64,000 nt of DNA from Candidatus Cloacimonadales bacterium (GCA_963677495.2 CAXXOU010000004.1:672001-736000); one strand, 5' to 3'; shown: positions 1-10,338, counted from the first letter of the stretch. Program-made: numbers and translations. Notes: generated by a model not told the origin, from the sequence alone.

Positions 1-1417
1 TACGGAATCGGGTAGGTGAAGCACCGTGAGTCATTTTTCCTGCCTGCATTGGCTGTCCCTTTCCGCAATTAGTAACACCCCAAGCTTTCCAGAATCTTTC
101 ATCTGCAATGCCATCCACACTGTTCCAGAACTCAGGATTATTAGAACGATAAAGTATCTTCTTGAGAGGTTTTGTAATCTTACCATTCTCGATTCTCCAG
201 AACATGTCACCACCAAACTGGAAGTTAACACGATGTTGGTCGATAGAGAAGGAGCCTTGACCTTCAATAAACACACCATTATCAACACCGGCTATCAATT
301 CGGAAGGAGTAAGCTTCTCTTTTCCGGGCTCAAGATAGAGGTTTGGAATACGGTTGATAGGGAAGTCATAGTAGTTTGTAGCACGTGAGCAACCTCTGGA
401 CATCTGTTCACCAATAATTGGAGCAGTGTCTCTGGTTGTACCGTACTCATTCAGGATACCATCCTTCACGATATACCATTTCTGATTAGGCACACCGTCA
501 TCATCGTAACCTGCTGTTGCTAAACCATTTTTAAGAGTATTGTTAGCGCAGAAGTTAACCTCTTTAGTTCCATACTGATAATTCTTCAGTTTCTCCGGAG
601 TAGCAAACGAGATACCTGCAAAGTCAGCTTCCCAACCAAGAACTCTATCAAGCTCAGTTGGATGACCAACAGATTCATGCATGGTTAAAGCTAGGTGAGT
701 TGGGTCTAAGATAAGATCCATTCTCTCTTCACCGGGAAGTGAATCAGCGTTAAGTTTCATGATAGCTTCACGAGCTACTCTGTCCGCTTCTGTCAGACAA
801 TTAAGAGATTCAATATACTCCCAACCGGCAGAGCTTCCACCCGGTCTTAATGAACGGGATTGACTGTCATCATTGCCTACAACTGTAGCTGAGAACATGG
901 GTTCAGTTGTGTATGTCTCTGATTTTATGTATGAACCTAATGTTGAAGCAAAAATCTTATCAGTATGGTCATACATTAACCAGAAAGTAGCTCTTTTCAC
1001 TTGGTCATAACTCATCATTTTGTTGTTAACCTCAAGCATCATCTCTACTTTCTCGTTAAGAGGAATACTGAACGGGTCAGTTATAATTGGTGTTTTGAAG
1101 CTATCAATATATCCACGCTCAGTAGCGAGAGTAAGTTTACGATCTTTGTTGATTTTAGCTGAGTTCTCAGCAATCTCTTTCGCTTTACGAACTGTCTTAG
1201 CCACTTCGTCAGCGTTAAACTTGTAGTTACTGGCAAATCCCCAAGCTCCATCTTTGAAGAACCTGATTCCGTAACCGTTCAATTCGGAGTTGTTTACATT
1301 CTTGATACTCTGGTTTTGAAGAAATATTCTTTCTGATCTTGTTCGCTGAATTCGTATATCTGCGTATTCAGCACCAAGTTGTCTAGCCAGGTCAATTGCT
1401 TGTAATGCAAAATCCAT
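1..1417 (-). CDS. tldD: TldD/PmbA family metalloprotease (3' end runs off the window)
   Basis: Not in the ORF track. Manual translation from ATG 1417 (SD GGAGGT) gives MDFALQAIDLARQLGAEYADIRIQ...GYGIRVFKDGAWGF...MHESVGHPTE...NCGKGQP...HGASP, with the HExxxH and CGKGQ TldD motifs. Confidence 0.9.
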   Translation of the reverse strand, partial: MDFALQAIDLARQLGAEYADIRIQRTRSERIFLQNQSIKNVNNSELNGYGIRFFKDGAWGFASNYKFNADEVAKTVRKAKEIAENSAKINKDRKLTLATERGYIDSFKTPIITDPFSIPLNEKVEMMLEVNNKMMSYDQVKRATFWLMYDHTDKIFASTLGSYIKSETYTTEPMFSATVVGNDDSQSRSLRPGGSSAGWEYIESLNCLTEADRVAREAIMKLNADSLPGEERMDLILDPTHLALTMHESVGHPTELDRVLGWEADFAGISFATPEKLKNYQYGTKEVNFCANNTLKNGLATAGYDDDGVPNQKWYIVKDGILNEYGTTRDTAPIIGEQMSRGCSRATNYYDFPINRIPNLYLEPGKEKLTPSELIAGVDNGVFIEGQGSFSIDQHRVNFQFGGDMFWRIENGKITKPLKKILYRSNNPEFWNSVDGIADERFWKAWGVTNCGKGQPMQAGKMTHGASPTRFR

Positions 1418-1432
1418 AAGACCTCCTGTATG

Positions 1433-1465
1433 TAATTAGTAATTAGTAATTATGAATTAGTAATT
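1433..1465. repeat. Heptamer tandem repeat (TAATTAG)n
   Basis: taattagtaattagtaattatgaattagtaatt. Confidence 0.8.
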
Positions 1466-1838
1466 TGGGGAGCAATGTTCCCCGTGTTTGTCATTTATAC
1501 TATATGCTTTTTGAAGGGCAAGAAAAAGATTAATAATCTTACTTGCACCAGTCTTCACTTAAAAGCTACGCCCTGGAAGGTCGCAGTGAAACGTGGGGCG
1601 TGGAAGACCTTTATTCAGACTTGCACCGCAACGAAGCATGGGGCGAGGATGAAATCAAGCACTCTCAGAATCAATAATGATCGCTGATTACACAGAATCA
1701 CTCAGCGAAGTAATAATACGAAGTATAACAACATATTTCTCACTTGAGAGACTTAGTATTAGAATACATTCGACCCACTTCGGAGTCGGTTAAGTGTAAC
1801 TACAATAGAGTCATTGCAAATGCTGTGCTCTCTTTTAA

Positions 1839-1950
1839 TTCTCGGGAATCACACGGGACTCTCCCGGGAATCTCTCGGGAATCTCTCGGGACTTTGCCCG
1901 AGAAAGTCTCTTTTTATTCCCGACACATTCCTGCATAAGTCACGGGGATT
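1839..1950. repeat. 11-bp-period repeat (core CGGGA) that flips polarity midway
   Basis: ttctcgggaat cacacgggact ctcccgggaat ctctcgggaat ctctcgggact ttgcccgagaa ... attcccgacac. Confidence 0.75.
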
Positions 1951-2196
1951 ATGATAGGGAAATCAAACAACGATGTAATAGTCAACCGAAGGGATGGTTG
2001 TATAAGATTTTTTTGTTGCTTACAGCTTTTATTGTATGTCTATGTTATCTAGAAGAAAATGATAATTGGTAGTAAACTGTTCGAGAAGACAACTAACTCT
2101 TGGTATCTGTAGCATATGTAGCGATTTTACTTTACAAAAACAGTGTTAATATTTTCCTGCAATCAGAATAAATATAATGCTTTAAGGAGTCGTCTT

Positions 2197-3573
2197 ATGA
2201 AACAAGTCGGTTTTAAGTTTCCTACAGTTATAAGAGAAACAGCCCTCAATAGAGTTGAGGAGGAGTGGTATATCCCAATGCTTGCGAAGAAGCTTGGAAG
2301 AGAGATTACACCTACCAAAAGAAGTAATTTTGGTGAATACAATATGGCTGTGCATTACTTAACAACAGTAATGGAAGAAGCTAAAGCAGTTGAAAAAGTA
2401 GCTATTTATAATATCGATCACATGGCTCAGATTAGATTTACAGGTAAAGATGCATTAGCTCTTCTTAATCGTGTACTTCCTGCGAATGTTGAATCTATGA
2501 AGATCGGACAGTGTAAATACACACTGCTTCTCAATAAGAATGGTGGAACACAGGATGACCTGATAATTATGAGAGTCGCTGAAGCTGATTTCATTCTTGT
2601 TATCAATGCAGGTCATGATATAACAGACACTGTTGATGGTGTTGAGTATGTTGCTGATGTAGATAGAATCCTTGCTGAACTCAAAGATGGGGAAGAGGTT
2701 ATTGCTGAAGATATCTCTGACCAGCTTGTGAAGATCGACGTTCAAGGTCCATATTCCTATAAACTTCTTAAGAACCTATATGGTCAGGAAGTGCTTAGAA
2801 ACCGTAACAAGCCTGCTAAGAATATGGGATTCTTCTCATTCAATGAGTTTGATTATGAAGGACATCACTATTTCTTAAGTCGTACTGGTTACACAAACAG
2901 ATGGGGATGGGAACTCTATGTGCCTGTTGCAGTTGCTGAAGAACAGTTCAAACGTATTGTGACAGAAGCTCTTGAATTAGATGGTTTACTCGTAGGTCTC
3001 GGTGGTAGAGATGAGAATCGTCTTTCTGCTGGTAATGTTGGTTTACCTCTTATGGGTCAGGAATACACTCCTGCAACTACACCAACAAATGCACCTCTTT
3101 TTAACGCAGCTTTCGATCTGAACGGAGAGTTTGTAGGTAAAGAAGCAATTGTTAAAGATATCGAATCAGGTACAACCAAGAGAATGGTTCTTGTTATCAC
3201 AGAAGGTATCGCATCACATAGAGGTATCTACCTTGATGGTAAGAGATTAGGTGAGGTAACTTCAAGTATTAATTCACCTAATGTAAACCAGGAAAAGAGA
3301 GAATATATTGGTTCAACCAGAAAGACAGTTAACGGTGAAGCGGGAGTTGCTGCTATCGGTTTAGGCTGGCTTGATGAAAATCCTTATGATGTTGATGCAG
3401 AAGGTAAAGATGTAACAGTTGCTGATGATAAAGCTCTTAGAATCTATGTGGATTTCTATAAAGAAGATGCAGAAGGTAACCCGAAAGGTAAACCAATGAA
3501 AGGTTATATCTGTGCTGATGGAGTTACACCTGCAACAGCACCAAGACCACTTAAGAATATCGATAAATTATAA
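2197..3573 (+). CDS. gcvT: Glycine cleavage system T protein / aminomethyltransferase (divergent)
   Basis: Motifs YTLLLNKNGGTQDDL, VINAG, DVQGP, SRTGYT...GWELY. SD AAGGAG precedes ATG 2197. Confidence 0.85.
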   Translation: MKQVGFKFPTVIRETALNRVEEEWYIPMLAKKLGREITPTKRSNFGEYNMAVHYLTTVMEEAKAVEKVAIYNIDHMAQIRFTGKDALALLNRVLPANVESMKIGQCKYTLLLNKNGGTQDDLIIMRVAEADFILVINAGHDITDTVDGVEYVADVDRILAELKDGEEVIAEDISDQLVKIDVQGPYSYKLLKNLYGQEVLRNRNKPAKNMGFFSFNEFDYEGHHYFLSRTGYTNRWGWELYVPVAVAEEQFKRIVTEALELDGLLVGLGGRDENRLSAGNVGLPLMGQEYTPATTPTNAPLFNAAFDLNGEFVGKEAIVKDIESGTTKRMVLVITEGIASHRGIYLDGKRLGEVTSSINSPNVNQEKREYIGSTRKTVNGEAGVAAIGLGWLDENPYDVDAEGKDVTVADDKALRIYVDFYKEDAEGNPKGKPMKGYICADGVTPATAPRPLKNIDKL

Positions 3574-3587
3574 ACGATCAAGATATG

Positions 3588-3615
3588 AAAAGCCTGCTGA
3601 AAAGCAGGCTTTTTT
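3588..3615 (+). terminator. Intrinsic terminator after gcvT
   Basis: aaaagcctgct-gaaa-agcaggctttttt. Confidence 0.85.
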
Positions 3616-3624
3616 ACATGTGTA

Positions 3625-3781
3625 GTGTTTTGGATATCAGTCCCTTGCGGACTGAACTTGAATAGCACTGGGCGCGGCTTAGTGTTTTAGATACCAGTAC
3701 CTTGTGGACTGAACCATAATAGCTATGGGCGAAAGCCCATAGAACCCAACCCAATATACCACAGCCCACATGGGCTGAATG
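3625..3781. repeat. REP-like triple-hairpin unit, left flank of the HUH transposase
   Basis: Hairpins cagtcc..ggactg, ctatgggc-gaaa-gcccatag and cagccc..gggctg. Near-perfect inverted copy of 4298-4447. Confidence 0.85.
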
Positions 3782-4225
3782 TTATTCTAAATCATTCTGA
3801 TATGACAATCCAAACTCATCATACATCTTCTTCATCTCAGCAACAAAATCATATTTTTTATGATGCTCCTGCTGATTTTTAATATAGCTGATCAATCTAT
3901 CACGATCATTCCACGTAATTGTAAACACACCATACCCAATTTGCCAACCATAAAACATTGGGAATAGCTTTTCTTTCCTGATCATAAGATTGGTAGCATT
4001 CTTAATGATTTTTACTGTATCAGAAACAGTCTCCGACTGCTTTATTGAACACAAGATATGTACATGCTCCGGCATCATGTTTAATCGATAAACATATGAC
4101 CCCTTATTCTTAAGGATTCCAAATATATAGCCTAACAACTTATCTCGATGCGTAACATTTAATGCTTGTACACGATCCTTTGTACTAAAGACAATATGAT
4201 ATAATAATTGGGAATATGTAGCCAT
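3782..4225 (-). mobile_element. tnpA: IS200/IS605-family HUH Y1 transposase, RAYT (REP-associated tyrosine transposase)-like
   Basis: YHIVFSTKDR, HUH motif EHVHIL, WQIGYGVF, catalytic YIKNQQEHH. No tnpB; flanked by inverted REP units. Confidence 0.9.
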
Positions 4226-4297
4226 ACAAACCTTCTGTATTGTTTTACTATAATATATGCATTGTTTAGTATATGACAAGTTGTTTGTTTTTTGAAA

Positions 4298-4447
4298 TAT
4301 TCAGCCCATGAAGGGCTGATTTTCGTTGGGGTACAGGTCTATGGGCTTGCGCCCATAGCTATTATTGTTCAGTCCACAAGGGACTGGTTTATAAAACACT
4401 AAGTTGTGCCCATAGCTATTGTGGTCAGCACGCAAGGTGCTGATATC
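4298..4447. repeat. REP-like triple-hairpin unit, right flank of the HUH transposase
   Basis: ttcagccc..gggctga, ctatgggc-ttgc-gcccatag, cagtccacaagggactg. Inverted relative to 3625-3781. Confidence 0.85.
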
Positions 4448-4486
4448 GGGAACAGAATCTGGTTTATTGAAGCATATTAACCTAGA

Positions 4487-5656
4487 TTACTTCAATTTAA
4501 TAAGGTAACGGTTCTTGGAACTTTCCGGACGTCCTCTTCTATCCTGTTTAAGTAGTAATCCTGTAGTAAAGATATTGTCCTTAATTGAGAAAACTTCTCT
4601 TGTTGAAAAATCAGTGTTCTCATTGAAATCCATTGAACTAACGAGATTTAGTTTATAGCCTTTATCCATGGAGAATAAGCTGACTTTGTTCCCTTCAAAT
4701 GTAGAAACCCAGTAGAGATTGTTTCCTGTTTTATGTGTAATAAAGATATGTGGTTTCTTCAATGGTACAGGATTGAAACTTTGTACCTTACCATCTCCGA
4801 GAACAGCAGTTGCCCGTTTCATCTCTTTACCAATAGTCTGATTACAGATTAAACCACCGGTAAGGAATGCTTGTGGCTGTATAGAATCTGGCAGTTTAAA
4901 AGAATATGTATGCAAGTACTCATACTCGCCGGAAACAAGTTTGAAAGTTGATATATTGCTGGTCAAACCACCGTAAGAGATTGCAAGCATATCGTTGTCT
5001 TGGACAAATGATATACCTAGGAACCTTTTCTTAATAATCTCAATCTTGGAGAGCTGTCTTATCTCTTTTTGGGAGAAAGTACCCGTAGGATTAAGTTCCG
5101 AATCAAAAAGATGGAGTAAACGTTTTCCTCTTCGTTTAGACATTGTTGCAGTGATTCCATGTTCACTCCAGTATCCACGGTCATAATCTATAGTTCTTGT
5201 GGCTCTACCACCTGCATATAGAGAAACAACTTTGTCCTTATTATTATTTAGTAAAACTCCCTTTGGACTTATGAAGATTGGTTTTGTTTCAACAGGCATC
5301 TCTTCGAAGTTTACTTTTTCGTTTGGAGTGTAGGTGCAGAGAATGTAGGAATCATCAAACTCCTCAAGAATAAGACTTAGCCATTTGTAATCCGGTGCTC
5401 TATCTAAAGCAGAGATTGATTTTAGACTACCGGATTTATATGTTCTTAGAACTTTGCTTGAGATTAGCTTCAGTTCTGTATTGAGTGTTTCTTCGATAAG
5501 AACTTGCTTTCCATCATTAGTTTGCAGTTTATGGATATAGATGAGACCGTTCCAATCTTGAATTGCAGTTGTCTTTTTCTCTAAAGTGATGGATTCTACC
5601 GCATTAATAGATATTGCTATTACTAGAATAAGAAAAATGACCGTAAGTTTTTTCAT
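4487..5656 (-). CDS. Hypothetical secreted protein
   Basis: Long ORF with SD GGAGG and signal peptide MKKLTVIFLILVIAISINA. Confidence 0.7.
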   Translation of the reverse strand: MKKLTVIFLILVIAISINAVESITLEKKTTAIQDWNGLIYIHKLQTNDGKQVLIEETLNTELKLISSKVLRTYKSGSLKSISALDRAPDYKWLSLILEEFDDSYILCTYTPNEKVNFEEMPVETKPIFISPKGVLLNNNKDKVVSLYAGGRATRTIDYDRGYWSEHGITATMSKRRGKRLLHLFDSELNPTGTFSQKEIRQLSKIEIIKKRFLGISFVQDNDMLAISYGGLTSNISTFKLVSGEYEYLHTYSFKLPDSIQPQAFLTGGLICNQTIGKEMKRATAVLGDGKVQSFNPVPLKKPHIFITHKTGNNLYWVSTFEGNKVSLFSMDKGYKLNLVSSMDFNENTDFSTREVFSIKDNIFTTGLLLKQDRRGRPESSKNRYLIKLK

Positions 5657-5839
5657 TTGAGAACCTCCTTGATTCACGCAAAATCAGAATACATCTCAAG
5701 GAAACGGAAAAATTTGTACAGTCAAGTAAAAAGTATGCCATTAATATACCGGATTCTGTTAAGTAATGTTTAAATTAGAAGAAATGAATATTTTTGATTT
5801 GACAAATTCCCGGTTAACTTACAAATAGCACTAATTACT

Positions 5840-5887
5840 TAGCGGCGATTTTTCGCAGTTTGCTCCGCTATATAAATTTGCTAAAGT
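5840..5887 (+). ncRNA. SAM-II riboswitch aptamer upstream of metK
   Basis: tagcgg-c-GATTT-..-TTGC-t-ccgcta-tATAAAT-tt-GCTAAAg matches the SAM-II pseudoknot consensus, 80 nt upstream of metK. Confidence 0.8.
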
Positions 5888-5905
5888 GTACGTGTAAAAA
5901 ATTTT

Positions 5906-5938
5906 GCCGACTTTAGCATGCTGAAGTCGGCTTTTTTT
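5906..5938 (+). terminator. Riboswitch expression-platform terminator
   Basis: gccgactttagc-at-gctgaagtcggc-ttttttt. Its 5' arm (actttagca) is complementary to the aptamer 3' end (tgctaaagt). Confidence 0.8.
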
Positions 5939-5966
5939 ATTTAAAAATTAGAAAGGAGGTCCTGAT

Positions 5967-7136
5967 ATGAGTAAGGACATTATTAATAAACCGGGTAACT
6001 TCACATTTACTTCTGAGTCTGTGTCCGAAGGGCACCCTGATAAGGTATGTGATCAGATTTCTGATGCTATATTAGATGCATATTTAACTGAAGATCCCAA
6101 TGCACATGTTGCATGTGAGACTTTAGTAACTGAAAATCAGGTAGTGCTTGCTGGGGAGATTAGTTCTTGCTGTGAGCTTGATATTGAAACGATTGTTCGT
6201 AATGAGATAAAGAAAATTGGGTACACTGAAGAAGGAAAAGGTTTTAATCATGATTCTAAAATCCTAAACCTTCTACACTCTCAGGAGGGAGCTTTAAAAG
6301 ATAACGCAGATGTGCAGGGTGCCGGTGACCAGGGCCTTATGTTTGGATATGCTTGTCACCAGACAACAGAGCTTATGCCTGTTCCTATTCTTATGGCCCA
6401 TAAACTTGTACTTAAACTTGCTGAACTTAGAAAGAACGGAACACTCGGTTATCTGATGCCTGATGCAAAGTCACAAGTATCTTTCAGATATGAGAATAGA
6501 AGTCCAGTTCATCTTGAATCTTTGATTATCTCAACCCATCATCAACCAAAGAGTGAAGCTGAATTTGAAACAATGAAAGCTGAGATTATTAAGCTTGTTG
6601 TTAAACCAGTTATAGAAGATGTTCTAAAGAATTCACGTAAGGAGTTCACATATGATGAGAAGGAGTTCCAAATCAATCCACTTGGTATGTGGGAAGAGGG
6701 TGGACCTGCTTATGATACAGGTTTAACCGGTAGAAAGATTATTGTTGATACTTACGGTGGATGGGGAAGACACGGTGGTGGAGCTTTCTCAGGTAAAGAT
6801 GCTACTAAAGTTGATAGATCTGCTTGTTACATGGCACGCCATATTGCTAAAAGCATAGTTGCTTCCGGTATCGCAGAAGAGTGTGAAGTGCAGTTTGGCT
6901 TCATCATTGGCGACCCGCAACCTGTGTCTGTTATGGTTGATACATTCGGAACCGGTGATGTCTCTGAAGATGTTCTTGTTGAATATGTTAGAAATAACTT
7001 TGACCTTTCCGTGAAGGGTATAATAGATTACCTTGAATTAAAGAAACCTATCTTTAACCAAACAGCTGCTTATGGTCATTTCGGAAGAGATGATATTGAG
7101 CTTCCATGGGAAAGGGTTGTACCTATAAAGTTATAG
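5967..7136 (+). CDS. metK: S-adenosylmethionine synthetase
   Basis: FTSESVSEGHPDK, GAGDQG, GLTGRKIIVDTYGG, GGGAFSGKD. Confidence 0.98.
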   Translation: MSKDIINKPGNFTFTSESVSEGHPDKVCDQISDAILDAYLTEDPNAHVACETLVTENQVVLAGEISSCCELDIETIVRNEIKKIGYTEEGKGFNHDSKILNLLHSQEGALKDNADVQGAGDQGLMFGYACHQTTELMPVPILMAHKLVLKLAELRKNGTLGYLMPDAKSQVSFRYENRSPVHLESLIISTHHQPKSEAEFETMKAEIIKLVVKPVIEDVLKNSRKEFTYDEKEFQINPLGMWEEGGPAYDTGLTGRKIIVDTYGGWGRHGGGAFSGKDATKVDRSACYMARHIAKSIVASGIAEECEVQFGFIIGDPQPVSVMVDTFGTGDVSEDVLVEYVRNNFDLSVKGIIDYLELKKPIFNQTAAYGHFGRDDIELPWERVVPIKL

Positions 7137-7153
7137 TTTGTTATAACCAATTT

Positions 7154-7183
7154 AAAGACTGTGAGCATTCACAGTCTTTTTTT
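7154..7183 (+). terminator. Intrinsic terminator after metK
   Basis: aaagactgtga-gcat-tcacagtctttttt. Confidence 0.85.
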
Positions 7184-7230
7184 ATTGACTTACAATTCTA
7201 ATGCATTTGAATACTTTAAGAGGTATAGAA

Positions 7231-8141
7231 ATGAAACGTATTGAAATTGGACAAGAACCTTATGCAACTACATTATTGAGTGTCATAAAAGGTATCTCAG
7301 ATTATTACAATTTAGACTATTCCAGGGCTTTTGTTTATGGAGCATCAGCACATGCTTTCTTAATCAACATTCATAATCAACTTTGCCCAAGTGGACCCTA
7401 CTGTTGGAACGGGCCTTGGTTAGAGAAACAACTAAAACTGATGGGTCTCAATATGACTGATCTAGGTTTCTATCATAACGAAAGTAAAGCAGAAGAAAGA
7501 ACAGAACTTGAGGTGAAGATAAAGAGATTTATTGATAAGGATATTCCATGTTCAGTGCTCAACCTTGATAATCAAATAGTATGTGGTTATGATGATGATG
7601 GACTGCTATTTGTTCAACCATGGAAAGGCTTCGATGACAGTACTCCTGCACGTCTGACATATGGTACCTGGAAAGAGTTTAAAGGTGAGATTCATGTGAG
7701 TTTTCAGGCTTATGAATCCTTTGAGCCTGCTACAAAGTATGAGATTGTAAAGCAAAGTCTTATCACTGCAGTAGAAATCCTTGAGAATGGGGATAAATAT
7801 CAGTTTGATAACTATGCTCTAGGTTTAAAAGCTTACGACTATTTCCTAGAAGCATTCGAGACTCAGAGCATGGGGCATGGGTGTTGGTGGAATGCAAATG
7901 TATGGGAGAATGCAGAGAGATGGCTTCTCAGTACATTGCTGAGATTAAAGATTTGCTGCCTGAGTTAGTATATGATGAATGTGAAACGCTTGTCTCAAAC
8001 TACCATGAACTGGCTGAATGCTTAAAAAGAGTTGGTGATAAGGAAGCAGATTTCAAATTCAGAGTTGGTGAATTAGAGAAGGCCAAAGATCTTGAAGTAG
8101 ATTCTTTGACCTTAATCAAAAAGGTTGTTAAAGCTCTATAG
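7231..8141 (+). pseudogene. Hypothetical protein split by an apparent 1-nt deletion (pseudogene or sequence error)
   Basis: ORFs 7231-7968 and 7881-8141 join as ...WWNANVW-GECREMASQY... if one G is added to GGG at 7904-7906. Confidence 0.65.
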
Positions 8142-9008
8142 ACTCTCTGTTGAAAGCTTTTTTTTAGCGCTTGGTTCTATCTGAGCCAAGAAGCCTAAAG
8201 AGATAATTGTTATTCCCATGAGGAAACGGGGAATATTGATTGTTTCATGAAAGAGGATTGTAGATGCAAAGATAGCGAGAGGTATCTTCATGTTGTTCAT
8301 TATAGATAGGTTCCCAATGCTTGTTTTCCTTGCACCAAGATTCCAAAAAAAGAAGCTAAGTCCACTAGCAACTATACCTAAATTAAGAACTATGAGGATT
8401 TGAGTAGTGGTAAGAGTAAGATCTATATTACTACTATTAAATAGCATACCTAATCCTGCAACTATTAATCCACCAAGATACATATATCCGAAAAGGTTCT
8501 TATCGTTCTCAATACCTGAGGTTTCGCAAAGGTGTTTATAGCCCACCTGCCCTAAAGCAAATGAGAGATTGGAGGCCTGAACAAGGAGGAAGCCAATCAC
8601 AAAGAAATCAAACTCTCTTCCAGGCAACTTCAGGATTAAACCACCGGTAAAAGCAAGGGTTGCTGCAAAGAGGTTTCTCCATCTGAATTTATGCTTTAAC
8701 AAGTCTGCAATAAGTGAAACAAAGATAGGTGTTGTAATAGTAAACACTGCAACTTGCCAAGATGGTAAAAACTTGAATGCCTGCAGATATAAGATATACA
8801 TTAATCCATACTGTACTGCTCCCAGCAATACTAATTGAATAGAGTTTTTGAATCTAACTTTCTTAAACCTTAATAATGGTAGAAAGAATAGAAATGATAT
8901 TCCAATTCTTAATGTAGCTAGATAATAGGGATTCACTCCTCCCATATAGGTCTTAATCAAGCCAAATGAAAAAGCCCAAACAATAGATATAATCCATAAG
9001 TAAGTCAC
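8136..9008 (-). CDS. EamA/DMT family transporter (YigM/BioP-like)
   Basis: About 10 hydrophobic segments, N-terminal WAFSFGL...RIGISFLFFLP. GTG 9008 follows SD AGGAG. Confidence 0.85.
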   Translation of the reverse strand: MTYLWIISIVWAFSFGLIKTYMGGVNPYYLATLRIGISFLFFLPLLRFKKVRFKNSIQLVLLGAVQYGLMYILYLQAFKFLPSWQVAVFTITTPIFVSLIADLLKHKFRWRNLFAATLAFTGGLILKLPGREFDFFVIGFLLVQASNLSFALGQVGYKHLCETSGIENDKNLFGYMYLGGLIVAGLGMLFNSSNIDLTLTTTQILIVLNLGIVASGLSFFFWNLGARKTSIGNLSIMNNMKIPLAIFASTILFHETINIPRFLMGITIISLGFLAQIEPSAKKKLSTESL

Positions 9009-9285
9009 AAAAAATCTCCTAACACCAAAGATAAAAACCACGTAAATGACAATATTAATTAAAGCAAGCCTTTTTTGTGTGTAGTATGTTAACAGCGGTA
9101 AGTTCTTAATAGTGTAGTGATATACATATTAATCTTTGAGTAATAGCAACTGGTCAGGTCTTAAATGATGCATCACGCAAAGTTTATATTATACCAAGCA
9201 AGCATAAATATTAAAAAAGTACTTGACTTGCGTGTAAGTGAAGGATATTCAGTTATATGTTCTCTCGAACCATTAGGAGGAATTA

Positions 9286-10338
9286 ATGAAAAAAGTATTG
9301 TTAAGTGTTGTTCTATTTATCTTTGTAGGTATATCTGCTCTATTCGGATACGTATGGTATGATACAGAGAACAATGATGATTGGACAAATGCCGGTAGTG
9401 GCATTGACCCGGGAAGCGTTGACACCGCATATTTCAGTGGTAATATTAGCGCTAGTGATGATGTGGACTGGTTTGAAGTTCCATTAGATTTGGGCAATAT
9501 ATGTCAGTTCGATTTCGTAAGCTATAGTTCAACAGGTTTAAGTGTGGATTTTTACAGTGATGTCCCCCCTGTGACTGTAGATATGACAGCCGTTCCGTTA
9601 GGAGGCTCATCTACTTCAACCATCCCTGCAACAGCAACTTACTATGCAAGAGTCTATGGTGCAGCAGCTGAGTATCCTGCTACCTATATGATTAAACTAA
9701 CAAACACAGGTAATACATTCTTACCTGTAACATTGTCACATTTTACAGCTACCTTTAACAATGATGGTGTTGGAGTCACATGGACAACACAGTCCGAATC
9801 CAATCTATCCGGATATAACGTTATTCGTAGTCAGAGTTCAGAAATGAATGATGCCATTAATGTAAATGGAGCGATAATAGTAGCCGAAAACTCAACATCA
9901 GTGAATACATACACATTCAGAGATGAGGAGTTAGAAGATGTAGGTGAATACTATTATTGGTTAGAAGTTATTGAGATAGATGGTGGAATCGACTATCATG
10001 GACCGGTGCAAGTAGAAATAAGCGATGATGATCCTTGTAGTGACACTCCTGACATAATCATGCACACCGGAATTATTGGAAGTTTCCCAAATCCATTCTC
10101 AAATCAGACAGATGTAGAAGTAAGTCTTGCAAAATCACAAAGTGTTGAAGTTGCAGTATATAATATCAAAGGTGAGAAGATCAGTGTTATTCACAACGGT
10201 GAAATGGCTGAAGGGTCTCATACATTGAACTGGAATGGTAAAAATGATCACGGAAAAGACGTTGCTAACGGTATATATCTGTTTAGACTGCATAGCTCAG
10301 GCGGAACATATACGCATAAGGTGACTTTCATCAAATAA
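9286..10338 (+). CDS. Secreted protein with PPC-like domain and C-terminal FlgD-Ig/T9SS-type-A-like sorting domain
   Basis: Signal peptide, DDVDWF, LPVTLSHFTA, FPNPFS...YNIKG...WNGKNDHGKDVANGIYLFRL. Confidence 0.85.
   Translation: MKKVLLSVVLFIFVGISALFGYVWYDTENNDDWTNAGSGIDPGSVDTAYFSGNISASDDVDWFEVPLDLGNICQFDFVSYSSTGLSVDFYSDVPPVTVDMTAVPLGGSSTSTIPATATYYARVYGAAAEYPATYMIKLTNTGNTFLPVTLSHFTATFNNDGVGVTWTTQSESNLSGYNVIRSQSSEMNDAINVNGAIIVAENSTSVNTYTFRDEELEDVGEYYYWLEVIEIDGGIDYHGPVQVEISDDDPCSDTPDIIMHTGIIGSFPNPFSNQTDVEVSLAKSQSVEVAVYNIKGEKISVIHNGEMAEGSHTLNWNGKNDHGKDVANGIYLFRLHSSGGTYTHKVTFIK

Noticed and set aside
26..1226. Short ORFs listed in the track at 26-388, 31-288 and 1020-1226
   Set aside because: They are shadows of the long minus-strand tldD frame, which the track omitted because it lacks a stop in the window.
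3782..4225. IS605 element with TnpB/omega RNA
   Set aside because: There is no tnpB ORF nearby, and the flanks are long inverted REP units.
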